DNA of 63,212 nt, filler included, from Choristocarpus tenellus KU-1152 (lineage: Eukaryota > Protista > Phaeophyceae): assembly GCA_964200185.2 (NCBI GenBank). It is 11 parts of 11 records of this genome, joined end to end, with 100 filler letters (N's around TTAATTAATTAA, not from the genome) between each part and the next. Parts side by side here need not be neighbours in the genome. Positions count along the whole stretch, not along the records: positions 6,082 to 14,252 come from CAXNAD020005052.1; positions 14,353 to 26,009 come from CAXNAD020002201.1; 9 more parts are not named here. One strand, 5' to 3'. Position 1 is the first letter of the stretch. Every line of letters begins with the position of its first letter. Below are positions 12,001-24,100 of this stretch, one piece after another. The notes beneath the pieces are model-generated. The model was given only the letters and a program-made list of their open reading frames with translations. It did no database searches and had not been told where the DNA came from. The position numbers and the translations under genes are program-made.

Positions 12001-15000
12001 CCCTAATTGAGATGATTCTAGTTTGGAAGGTACGAGCGGCACCATGAATGCAATGCATGTGAAATGCATTGATGGAGAGGAGTTAGTACGCATTGCCATC
12101 TCCTGGGAGGGCATGGTACATACGATGAATAGGTTCGCAATGAGTTGAATGGGTTCCACCTGGGAGAGTTAGGAGAGTGGTGTGGGGAGAGGGACCAGAG
12201 GTTACAACATCTTGAGTACAGGATCGCAAGGCTCTTTGTGAAGCATTCTTGACAAGAAGAAATAGATTTAATGCAAATTTGCGCGTTTGCGATCCGTAAA
12301 CCCACGACTGGAAGTTGCGGTCATTGGGCTATTGGGGTGCAAAGGCAAAGATGGAGGACTGCAGCGCAGGTTGGACTTTGAAGGCAAATGGTGACGACTC
12401 ACAATGCTTGCCATCTATCTTCTCATACCCTCCAACGCAGTAGCCAATGTCTCTTTTATTCTTTCTCTTATGCCCTACATTATTCTCCAGGCCCCGTGGA
12501 GATGCCATGGTCAACACCCTTCGCCGCTTGGCCCTTAAATTGCGAAAGAGCAGCAAGGGCCAAAATAAGCGGGGAAAGAACTCATCCCCGCTTGGGCCCA
12601 ACGGGCTTGTGGGGGGTGGTGCGAAAAACGAGGGACCGGATGTGTTTCTGCTCAACGCAGCCCATGAAATGATTCCGGTGAGGTTTGCCATGTAGCACAG
12701 ACAGGTGGTGGATTGACGCTTGGGAGGTTGGTCGGTTGGATGCAGTCCATGGGGGCTTAAATATTAGTCCGATACCATGTTTAGTATAGATGAAAAAGGT
12801 TGGTGTCCTACCCTTACAATATTTGCGATCAAGATGCTGTGGCACTTACAAGCAGGCTGCTGATCCCCATCCTCCTTCGCATAGGTTACTGGATGAACAA
12901 GATGAAACGGTAATGGTGACGCCCCCTAGATGATTGAGGAATGTAGCCCGAGGCACTGAGGGGATTGGCATAAGCTTTTCCAGTGCATGCATGGGGTATT
13001 TGACTCCATATCATCAGTTCCTTGCCTCTAAAGAACCACCCCCCTTCACCTCTCCTGATCCCCACCCCCGCCTCTTCCCAGATAGACAAAGTATCAAATG
13101 GAGATGGCTGGTGTCGCTTCTGCTCTGATGGCGAGCAGGTGTTCCTCAGAGTGACCCTTCCTAACTCAGATGGGACTATGATATGTCCCGTGGTGCTCAA
13201 CCCCCCAGAGGTGACATCATTAGTGTGCCACATCACTGCCCCAATGGCTGGGGGCTACTCCATTCTTCCTGCTGTTGAGACTGAGCTGGCTGAGGAAGTA
13301 GAGTGGGAGTGGCTGGTTGGGGGAGGAGTATCAGAAGAGGCAAAGGTAGCTATGGCTGTGCCCTCTGCAGGTGCAAAAGGTGGGAAGTTGCCTGGAGGAG
13401 GGGAGGTTGGTGTAAGCTGTGGATAGAATAAACTTGAGTGGTTGAACCACGGTGTCGTATGGTGCTGACAGATCTGTGGTATAGCTGTGGTTAATGTCCA
13501 TTTCGAACAGGTACTGATAGCAACATTTAGATTGGCATGCTATTTTGAGAGGGACAATACATATATGATGCCTACGCCATCACCTTCATCCAAACTACTC
13601 CATATATTTGAGAGGTTGAATGCCGCAGAGTATATTTGTCCTGAGGTCTAGACACACACATCACACAAGTGTCGATGATTTTTTTGTTGTATAATGCTTG
13701 TGCTCAATTTTATGTGTGCTCTACACACACACACACACACTGAATGTGCCCTACCTTGCCCTGCTTGCCCCCTCTCCCTCTGGCACGGATTGCACAAGGT
13801 GGGGCAATGCTGAAGGTGGTAGGACGGGAGCAACTCTATACACCACTCAAGAGGGACGTAGGTCAACGTTTAACAATCAGGTGTGTCATGAGTTGTACAA
13901 GAGGGGGTGCTTGTATCTTAGGCAGTACTTGTTATGACTTTTCAATACTTACTGTCATTTTGCTGCATGATTGCGGTCCCTGGTCTTGGTGCCAATATTT
14001 TTGGGGTGATTTATGAGTAATCTCTGATTGAAATTATACGTTGTTCCAGTTCATGACCTCCCCCATCACAGCAGTACAGTAGACCCTCTTGCAGGTGTGG
14101 ATGAGAAACTTACAGCTATTCAAAACAGATAAATCTCGAGGCAAAGCAGTTTTTCACCTCCCTGCAATTGGTCCATGATTTCACCTCCCTGAGGGGTGAC
14201 GAACACAAGAAGTTAATTGTAACAAGTGTCAGTCTCCACTCGATTCTCTCCCNNNNNNNNNNNNNNNNNNNNNNNNNNNNNNNNNNNNNNNNNNNNTTAA
14301 TTAATTAANNNNNNNNNNNNNNNNNNNNNNNNNNNNNNNNNNNNNNNNNNNNCCCAGATACTTTGAGCCTAACGCCACCAATGCAAGTGCAATTATGTCA
14401 GTAGGGTACCCCAACACCGTGCAACATGAAAACTCTCCATAAAACTTGGCATCTTTGTCCAATTGTCCAATGGCACCTACACATACTGAACTGTCAACTA
14501 AAAAGAAAAACGTGGTTACTACATAATGATATAGACAAACTTCAATTGGATAATGTAAAACTACATGCAAATAAACACTCACACCATCTTTTGGCATTGT
14601 TAATTCCATGCACTTGTAAAAAAATACAGTTCTTGTAAATGCATAGAGGTTCCCCCTCCTGTTCAATGGTTCCATCACTTGAACATCACAAAGAATACAC
14701 CAAATCCCTTCAAGTGCCAAGAGGGATGCAAATAAGTGGCAATTAATGCAAGAAACGCAGAAGCTGCTTCTTGTATTTGTGTCTAAATCTAAATCTAAAT
14801 CTAAACACAGAAAACATCTAACACAGCATCACTGGTGGATAGGCTCTATAAACAAGCAACAACTTTTAACCCCAAACTGTCTGAAGCAGCAGGAAACAAA
14901 ATTGCTTGAACTGATCCATACTTAACAAAATAGTGGTGAGATGGAACAACAGCACTCCCAGTCCCTGTCAATCAGTAGGTGTCTTTGCCATCACCTCTCA

Positions 15001-16015
15001 GTCTGGAGAAGTGTGCCTAGAGGATACTGCATTGGCTTAAATAGTGCCAAGTAAACACTTGGTGATACACCAATGTCTCTCATAATAGAACTGCGAAACT
15101 CCTTTACACTCAACAGAGCAGAAAAACCTCCCCCTCTTGGTTATTTCGACTCTTATCTAACAAAAATCTAACACAACAAATTCAGCGCTCACAACAAAGC
15201 TCGATCTTCACCCCACAAAAAAGACTCGCCTTTTCAACCTACACGAACACTGCATACCTCGTAGCCACCTTGCCTTGCCTTTTCTTGATGTGGGCTCATC
15301 AATAGCCTTTAAAATCACATGTACATGAACTTCTTGCACACTCCCTCCCTTGCTCCCAGCACAAGGTGTTGCCCGTCAAGGCGATGCTATATCCTCCCAT
15401 CCTATTCATTTTCCAGAAATGGGGTAGCCAATGCTGGTGCTATAGTTGATATCACCCTCTGATGCTCTTTAATCCACTGTTCCTACCAGAAGACTCCTCT
15501 CTAATAGACAAGTTCCCAATCACCCCCCACTGCATGGAATGCCACAGTCCCAACCCCATTCATTCCTTGTGACTGAACCAAACGTTCATGGCAGCTCGAC
15601 TCAAGACCTCTCTTCCCCTCTGCTGATGATTATCCTTCTCCTGTATCCTGCGGTACTCCTGACAAGTTTCTATTTTGTACTCGCCAACTTGAAATGTGAG
15701 TTCACAACCTTCCTCTCTTCCAAACTGTAGAAGAACAGGAGATAGATGTTTAAGAAAGGGTACTGGTGACCCCAAAATCAACATGTTTGGTTTTCTGTGC
15801 CTTCTCTGAAGAGAACGAGATTTCCTCCATCCTAGTCGGCATTGGTCATCAAGGCTATCTACCCTAGATCTAAACCTTCTGCCTGCATGACTAGTGGCCA
15901 AGAGGTTTACTCCTCATCAGACCATAAACCTTTCCCAGTCTGAATCGTCCTGGTCCTAGCCAATATAAGGTAGGTTGACATGAAAAACACGTTCATCTTT
16001 GTAATACTACTGTTC

Positions 16016-16047
16016 AGGGTTAGGGATATACAAGGGTTAGGGATATA
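16016..16047 (+). promoter_or_regulatory. Duplicated telo-box-like motif (AGGGTTAGGGATATA x2) about 160-190 bp upstream of the RPS8 ATG
   Basis: Two copies at 16016-16030 and 16033-16047. Telomere-like telo-boxes are known in plant ribosomal-protein promoters; function here is inferred. Confidence 0.35.
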
Positions 16048-16207
16048 TGGAATGTTTGAGGTTCTTATTGGCTGAGAAACATATATTGATTTTAGTGTAG
16101 GCTTGTTTGGGTGGCCGACAACAAGGTCGTGGCAGAGGTGTGAACCTCAGTCCCCAGCTGCTTCACCTTGTCGAGCTGGTTAGGAGGGACTTGCCCCTGG
16201 TCTAACC

Positions 16208-19200
16208 ATGGGTGAGTGAAAAGATCTATGAGAACACTGCGTGGAATGGGTATAATGTCATGAAGTTTTATGGACTGCGGGAGTTATCAGGGTGTGGGAT
16301 TGTCCTGTTTGTTTGAGAGTTGACTGTGTACAGAGACCCCATGAACAAGGTAGCACCTTATTAGGAATAGAACGAGGAGGGAAGGGAGGTTGCTGATCTT
16401 CATTTATGATGCGGATTTGTGCGTCAAATTTCATGACAGTAGTACTGGCGCATGCCTTTCATGTCCCAAGGTGTGCAGGGTTAATCACCACAGTTACCGA
16501 GTCGTTCTTCAGTTCATGTGAACTGCCCCAAAAGTAGGAAGACGTTGCGAAGATAGTTCTTATTCTGGACTTTTTGGAGAGGCGGTAATATGCCAGAGGA
16601 TGAATTGTGAGATGAGGGTACTTTGATTTCTCCAAGGAAAACTGTGAACTGTGTCCTGGTGGTGAAGATTGCTGATAGGCCATCGGTAGTTCTGTCACCG
16701 AAACCACTTTCTCTTCACTTAAATATTAACCGGTATAGACACTCTGAAATGCAGGTATCTCCAGAGACTCGCGGCACAAGCGCCGCGAAACTGGTGGCAA
16801 GCGCTCCAAGTACCGCAAGAAGCGTAAGTTTGAGATGGGCCGGCCAGCTGCCAACACCAAGCTTGGGGGCAAGCGTGTGCACCCTGTCCGTTGCCGTGGT
16901 GGGAACATGAAGTACCGTGCACTGCGCCTGGACTCTGGAAACTTCAGCTGGGGTACTGAGGGTAAGCATGTTGTAGGGGGCATTCAAGTTTTCTGATGCA
17001 CAGTCAATGGTCGGCTTTATCTTCACATCGCCTTACCATGAGCGTTCACGATTATCAACATCTTGTCGCAATTCGATGTTTGTGATGTCAGGGAGACTCG
17101 AGCATAATTGAAGGCATAAATAGTGAACAAATCCTGGTGAGAGGTGCACAGTGCCCCTCCAACAATGAATTTTCCAATCCAAGTTGTGGTTCTCTGTTTT
17201 CGTACTTCGGTGCTTATGTATTTCCGAAACGATAGCGTACCTTGTGTAGATCGAGGGTATGTCATTGGTGACAGCTATCGCGTACATCAAAGAAACACCT
17301 AGGTGTGAACACAGAATTGTGATGCGAATGGGACGTATGCAACAGGGGATGCGGTTGCACGTACTGAGACGAGATTGTGGCAGTTGAGATACTTTTTACT
17401 TAAGAGTGCTCATTGTGTGACGAGTTTCCTCATGCAGATCGTTGGCAAATAGTGTCTACCGACTCTTAAGATACTTTTGGGCCTTAAGGTGGGGTTTTCA
17501 TAATAGTTGTATTTTTACCCATTTAAATAGTGCCTCAAGTTCAATCCCTTTTTTCCCACAATACTTCACGCACGGCATCTATGTACGGCATATAAAAAGG
17601 TCTCTGCAATTCCGCTGGTTCTCAAGTGCTCTCATGTACAAGCACCTGACATTGTGCTGAAAATGACTTTTGTTGGTTTGCTCACCCACAATTGGTGTTA
17701 TGTGCAAGTAAGTTGACTAATTGCACTTTCTGATACACATTCATGTGCGAGATTGATTTCGCTCGTTCAACACGCCTGCCATGTTTAATGTTTCAAGCAG
17801 TGCGAAGCCTTTGTTGCTCTATTCAGCATCTTTTGCAAAAATGCAGTGCCTGCCTTTAAAAAAAAACTCATATTGAACTCCATCGAGCCCTTGAAGGTCA
17901 GCCGCTTTGTCACCATAATACCCCCCCCCCCCCCCCCCCCCCACAAAAAAACATACGTGTTTTCGTTAGTGGGTTTGTTTTGTATTACACACACAATTTT
18001 CNNNNNNNNNNTGACGAGCCTCTTCTTCCTCCCCCGCCTCCACCCCCCCCCCCCCCCCCAAAAGAAAATATGATGGTTTTGATTGGTGATGTGTCTACTT
18101 TTACCAACACTATTACTCTTTACTTCACTTTGAGAAATTAACATTTCATTTATTATTATTATCCCGTCTTTTTTCTTTTTCTCAGTGTGCACCCGCAAGA
18201 CACGTATATTGGATGTTGTCTACAATGCTTCCAACAACGAGCTCGTGCGTACCAAGACGCTTGTGAAGAACGCCATTGTGGTGGTAAGTGTTAACTGCGG
18301 CGGTGTAGTCACCAATTCCGTATTCCGTACGTGTAGTCACTGTCTGGTGTATTTGTGGTCTGGATTTTTTTTGTAGGAGTTGAATAATCGTTCCGTAATC
18401 TGGAGAGCCTTTCTAAATCATCTTGATTGAAATTTTTGATAGGATTTTTAGAAATTATTCTCACGGGCATTTTTTTTTGTACATCGGTGACATTTTGCAC
18501 ATTGGTCAGCGTCCTTGAAAAGCAATCCTCTTGTCTATTTTTTCTCAATGCAAACATCGATATCATCTGTTGTTTCTTACTAGACGATATCACACCATAG
18601 ACCTTTTAGATGTGAACTGGAGAATCTCTGTTGCTGCGTTGTCCTGTATGTTACTTTTTTCCTCCACAAGATAATTTTCGTGAGGTATCTTGCTTATGGA
18701 TTGAACTTTTAGTGTACCCATCTGACTTTCAGCAATACTGGGGTGTGTTTTAGTAGATGTGATATTCTTTTGTGCGGGGTGAAGGTCCCGAAATTGAAAA
18801 TTGAGTCGTTCCTAACCCCTTTTCTGTATGCTTTATAGTGCCCTTTGCAAAACTGATGTGCTGTCATACGCTTTGCTTTCTGCCTTCCTATTGGGTTTGG
18901 CAAGGTACCATTTGTTCCCATTGCCATGGTTAAGGGACATGGGTCCAACCTAAATTTTATTTTATTTTTTCAGGTTAATTTTCAACGGGATGAAACGATT
19001 TGTATTATCTAGTTTTGACTGGAGCGTGAAATGAAATTTTTCTGACACAGCTGTCAAGAGGTTTCTATGTGACATTTGAGGTAATTAAATGTTTTTATTT
19101 TTGGTGCATCTTGTCTGCAGTGTCTTTAAAGGTTTATTTGATTGATTGATGCGACTGGAATGTTGATGTTTATTTTGTGATGAATAGTTGTGTTTCATGT

Positions 19201-21176
19201 GTAAGATGGGAACTGATTTGTGACCGTTGTTATTTTTTAATATAACTTTATTTCAGGTGGATGCCCACCCCTTCAAGCACTGGTATGAAAACCACTATGG
19301 TGTGCCCATTGGCATCAAGAAGGGGAAGAAGGCTCCCCCTAAGGAGGAGGGCGAGGTATGCTATTTTTCTGTAGCACAAGTTGTGAATAGTTATGTCCTG
19401 TGGCAATCAGATTGCTTGTGTTTTTGCATTGTGATCTTGTATGGTCTTAAGTAGGTGTTTCTTGGAAGTTACTGCAGTACTTTCGTATCCTGACTTTAAA
19501 AACTGAACAGGTTTGTTCTTGTGGTGTGCTTATTTTTGAGTTTTTTCTAATGAGAACAGTAAAGTTCCAGGACACAAATAATCAACTTTTCCGGAGAGGT
19601 TACGTTTTTTGGGGGAAGACAATGATATATGGGACAGGGCTCTCCTCAGCTTGATCAGAAATGGTTTGGTGGAGGGTTGTATTTCTGGGTGTTTGTGTGA
19701 CATATTTTACTATGTCTTCTTTTCATTGTGGAGGGTAAGCCACGAAAGTGCTCATGTTGAGATGACAACATTGTTCTCCATTGCAGAACACTAAGTAGTT
19801 CAGGTGTGCATTGTGAACAATCACTGTGGATAATGGTTTTGTCTTTTTAGTGCAAACAGTTAGCAATGTGCTGTTAGTACCATCTTACCCACCTTGAAAT
19901 TTCCTTCATCAAAATACATCAATTTGCTAACTTTCTGGAAGATTCCTTTTGAAGCTGTTGAACAATGAGAAGTGTATGGGAAGATCTCAAGTGTGTGTAA
20001 GGTGTTTTGTTGCAAATGTCTCCTGTAGACAGTCCTTTTTGATGTAGTGGATAATAATGTATTTTGATGTCTTGATGTCTCATGGGGGGGGGTAGGTGTT
20101 TCTGCTGGTTGCCAATGATGCGAAAATTTTGCCGACTTCTGACCTTCGGGATTGAAGATTCAACAAAATAAAAATATATCTACAAAGCTGAGGCTACGAC
20201 TCCCCACCTTTTTTTCCCCTTCCTCTTAAATGCAACTGAACGTATTTTACAGGTTACAATTTTTGCCCTGTTTGTCCATTTGGGGCTTGGCTTCCCATGG
20301 AGGTTTTTATGTCATTTTCCTACTCCGGAATGTTTTAGAGTAGATAAAACGTACTCTTTATGAAAAGGTGTGTCCGGAACAAGGATATTGACACTTCCTA
20401 ACAAAGATGATAGCCAAAATTATACCAAAATTGGAACGTTGGGTTTTGGAACCCAAATGGACGCAACTTTACCCCCTAAGATACTTAGACTCTGCATTTT
20501 CGTGAGATATATTGGTGAGCGCTCATCACCTTTTCAAGCAAAAAAAAAAAATGCATTCACTGTATGTTTTAAAAGTTTTTTAAAGGTCTATTGTTGACTG
20601 AATAAGGTTGTCTTTGTTCCTCATTTATGTCCCTTTTTTTGTTTACATAATTTTCTCTTCTTTCTGTGGTGGTCCTGCTTTGTCCTGCAGGAGACCCCTA
20701 AGTCAGACCACGTTATGCGCAAGCTTGCCAAGAGGCAGGCCACCCGCACCTTGGCTACCAACATTGATGAGCAGGTTGCCGCAGGTCGATTCTTGGCATG
20801 CATTTCCTCTCGCCCGGGACAGGTACGTTCACAATTGTGTTGGCTAGGATAGATTAGAGGTGATGTTATTGTGAATGACACCTCTGGAAGACTTGAATGG
20901 TGAAGCATTTATTTCACTTTGGAAATGTTTGAATGGTTTGTTTTTGCAGCAGAAGTTGTTGATTCTTTGAGAAATTTATTTGTGTCTCTGTGAGGAAGTT
21001 GCTGTCATTGGATGACTGCTTTGATTCTGTCTGTTTTTTTCTTTTAAATGCCCTCCTCGTGTGTACTTTTACGTTAATGTGATTTTGGGCAGTCTGGCCG
21101 CTGCGATGGCTACATCCTAGAGGGCAAGGAACTGGAGTTCTACCAGAAGATGCTAGCCAAGAAGAAGTCCAAGTAA
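16208..21176 (+). CDS. RPS8: 40S ribosomal protein S8 (eS8), complete, 6 exons, 207 aa
   Basis: Exons 16208-16211 (ATGG|gtgagt), 16755-16961, 18186-18283, 19257-19355, 20691-20822, 21093-21176 (TAA). All introns are GT-AG with compatible phases; total 624 nt. Spliced product [39 protein letters not shown]...[63 protein letters not shown]...[36 protein letters not shown] is typical eS8. Confidence 0.98.
20111..20194 (+). ncRNA. Intronic box C/D snoRNA (RPS8 intron 4), predicted LSU rRNA 2'-O-methylation guide
   Basis: Terminal stem GCC(20111-13)/GGC(20192-94); C box ATGATGC 20115-21; D' CTGA 20139-42; cc-TTCG-gg hairpin; C' TTGAAGA 20152-58; D CTGA 20188-91. ATTTTGCCGACTT (20126-38), directly 5' of D', is the reverse complement of the conserved LSU rRNA sequence AAGUCGGCAAAAU. 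Confidence 0.85.
20234..20492 (+). mobile_element. MITE copy in RPS8 intron 4
   Basis: Colinear with 35191-35448; left TIR decayed; flanks TGC(A)/TGCA. Confidence 0.85.
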
Positions 21177-24100
21177 AACTTGATTGAAGCTGCACTGAGG
21201 TTGATTTTTTCAGAAACTCCAAGCCGGCTCACTGACTCCATCACATGTAGTGGAAGTCCTTTGATGTGCCTTCTGTTGTGCAATGATACGGTGATGTTTA
21301 ACATTGCTACGCATAGCAGGAGGTGTGATGATTAAGGGGACCTGCGCATGAAGGTGTATGTGCTTGCAAGGAGGCCATGCTGGCAAATTATAATGGTTCA
21401 TAATATGACAAGGGGCAAAAAAATACAAATGTGTGTAGGACACTTCGTTGTCCCATTGACAGCCATGAGGACATGAAGATACTACCTACTTGGTGTATGT
21501 GTCATAAATATGTTCATGGTGGGTGGGGGGTTCTTTTACCACATGAGACTCACCTAGAAAGAGCTAGTGTGCTCAAAGTGATTGCAGGTATGAAACATAG
21601 GAGACTATAGAAAACCCATGTTTATATTATGCACCCAGAACATTCTGCAGTTCAAGGCACTTTTTTGTCCACTACGTACCAACTGTAACTGTCTGAGGTC
21701 CAATATGTCAGTATAGATAGTTGCACTGTTCATACTAGGTCATAGAGCTACAAGTAGTGGTTCTCTTTCAATGCTTGACTGAACTAGACAAGGTTTGGAT
21801 TCAAGTACAGTTGACCTATTTATTTGCTTCCCATTCTATTGGCTTCAAAAATAAGGAACACCAGTCCTGTTATTCATGGTCAGAAAGTGTAGAACACCTT
21901 GATATTTGAGACACAGATCTAAGCTACGAAATAAGGCATTTTATCAAAGGACAGGTAGGAATTGGAGGCGGAACAAATATCAGAAAGTTTTGCCCGCTGA
22001 GGATTCTTTCTTGACAAGGAGTTTAAAAAGATAAGTTCAATTCTCGTGCTTTGTGCTAGGATGACTGATGAAAACGATGGCAGTACCAACAGTAAGTCGG
22101 TGATATATTCAACCACAGAACACTGAAAGAAATAAGACCTGGTGGTTAGTGGTGCTTTTTAACCATGAGACCGGTTGACCTTTATCCCACCAGCCTGTTA
22201 AAATCCAGTATCACAAGAAATTCGTCGGGTTTGACGAACTCTTCAGGGATAAACTGTTTTTTGTGTAGGTCATTCTATGTTGTAAATGGTCAGCAGCTCG
22301 TCATGTAGCGTAAAGATAGGAGGCCGTATGGTTCTTGTGATAGTGATTACGTGTATTATGTGTAACGTCATAGTGCACAAGAAACACATTGCGTAACATG
22401 CTGTGACTAATTGTCAACTCCCCCCCCCCATCACAATATTTTACCTGCAAAATTTCAGTAGGAGTAGAATGCGTACGTTACATTCAATCAGCCTACGGGT
22501 TTGTGCAGTTTAAATAGACTAGTCAAAACTAGGGGCAAATTTTGAAAGAGTTACAGTCCTATAGAGGTTATTTTAATATAGTCAGACTGATATTGCTAAT
22601 TTTAGAGCTTGCTTGGTGTGGTTTAATGTGGGATACACCGTAAGATACATAAATTGTAACTTTACTGATGTTCCAGGGTGAAAACAGAATGTGAAGATTC
22701 CTTGTTATTATGAAGCAATAGAAGATTCTTCTGGATTGTGTGAAAGATAACTATCGGTTAATACAAGTAACAGCAGTTTTATCTTGGAAATATTTATAAT
22801 ATCATGGAATATGGACGACGCATCATCATGCTACATTAGTATGAAGTAGTAGTAAGAAATTCTCACGCAGATGGTATGCTTCAAAACTGATGTATACTGG
22901 AATATCACAAAATACTGGAGCAACACTATTTGCTAGTATCATGAGACATTTTCGAAAGGTGAAACAAGACTTCCCTGCCTTTCAAGACTATTTACAGCCC
23001 GGAAGTGGACACAACGAGTTACTAGTGAGTGTTGTGCGTCGTGAGGACATGTGTCAGAAGTCTCATCTCTATTGACACCCACAACTATCGTATTTTCCGC
23101 TCTTCTTCTAATATCCATCAGGTACATACCCTTCCCCCTGTCCTTCGAAAATAGTCGTCATGCTATGTTCACCTCATCACATTGTGGGACTGGTTCAAAG
23201 TAGTATTGTACAATACTATGACTCCGAGTATCTGCTAATATACAGTTACAACTGCAACCTATAAGGAAGAACAAGGCCAAGAAAGAGTGTATAGGAATGG
23301 ACTCGTGAATGAGGGGAAGGAAGAAGAGGACAAAGCTCAAGGAAAGGGTAAGGAATGGTACTACATACATGCCGCTTGGCGTTTGTACCCACTAGTTGTA
23401 GATACAGTAGTAGAAGCAGTGGTGTAGTAGAGCCCTTGAGCGCTGGTCTGTGACAGTCCTCCTTCTCCTTGTTTTCCTGAGCCCTCTTCATGGCTTTCAA
23501 ATGTGGGGTGGGACTAACTCTTTGGGATTATGGCGCAAGATGCTACCGTTCTGCTGGTACACTCCCAGCTTGTATTGTGTCAAACAGATGGTGCCAGATA
23601 GTTTTGGGCAGACTTCATTTGTGTCCTTTGTGCCCCTCCATCTAGGCGCACCCCTATCCTCTTCCTTGGCGTTCTTCTCTTCAGGTGTATGACTTACTTT
23701 TTCTAAGGGTCTATCAGTCAGTATAATGTACATCAAAGGTACTTTCTATGAGTTTTGCTCACTTACTTGCCATTGCCGGTTGGGCACAATTAAACCATCT
23801 CCGACTCCACTCCTAGAGGTAACTCCGTGACTTTGGCAATGATCTGGCCAATCATAAAGAGATACGTCGTTGGCAAGGAAGAAGAACACAAGCGAAAATG
23901 GTACGGCATGCATGTAGCCCTCACCACCTCTGACCCTATGAGACACCAATGGTACCATCAACCGTCACCGTATATCTTCGAAGTATAATGCTACTATTAT
24001 CGTCATCGTCTTCTTCGCTCGTTCCTCCCTGTACCACATGTCGTCACCCGAATTGTTCTGTTATGTTGCTGCGAACATTTCAAATAGGTTATTGGTTGGG

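Noticed and set aside
12329-12691. ORF containing CVGGYEKIDGKH as a Harbinger transposase
   Set aside because: Motif spacing differs from CxGAIDGxH and no downstream Harbinger motifs were found.
17319-17367. GTGATGC...CTGA in RPS8 intron 2 as a second C/D snoRNA
   Set aside because: Only ~50 nt, with no terminal stem and no rRNA complementarity that I could recognise.
22871-23121. Exon-like segment with MYTGISQN as a GIY-YIG nuclease
   Set aside because: Only a partial motif, with in-frame stops and no supporting exons.
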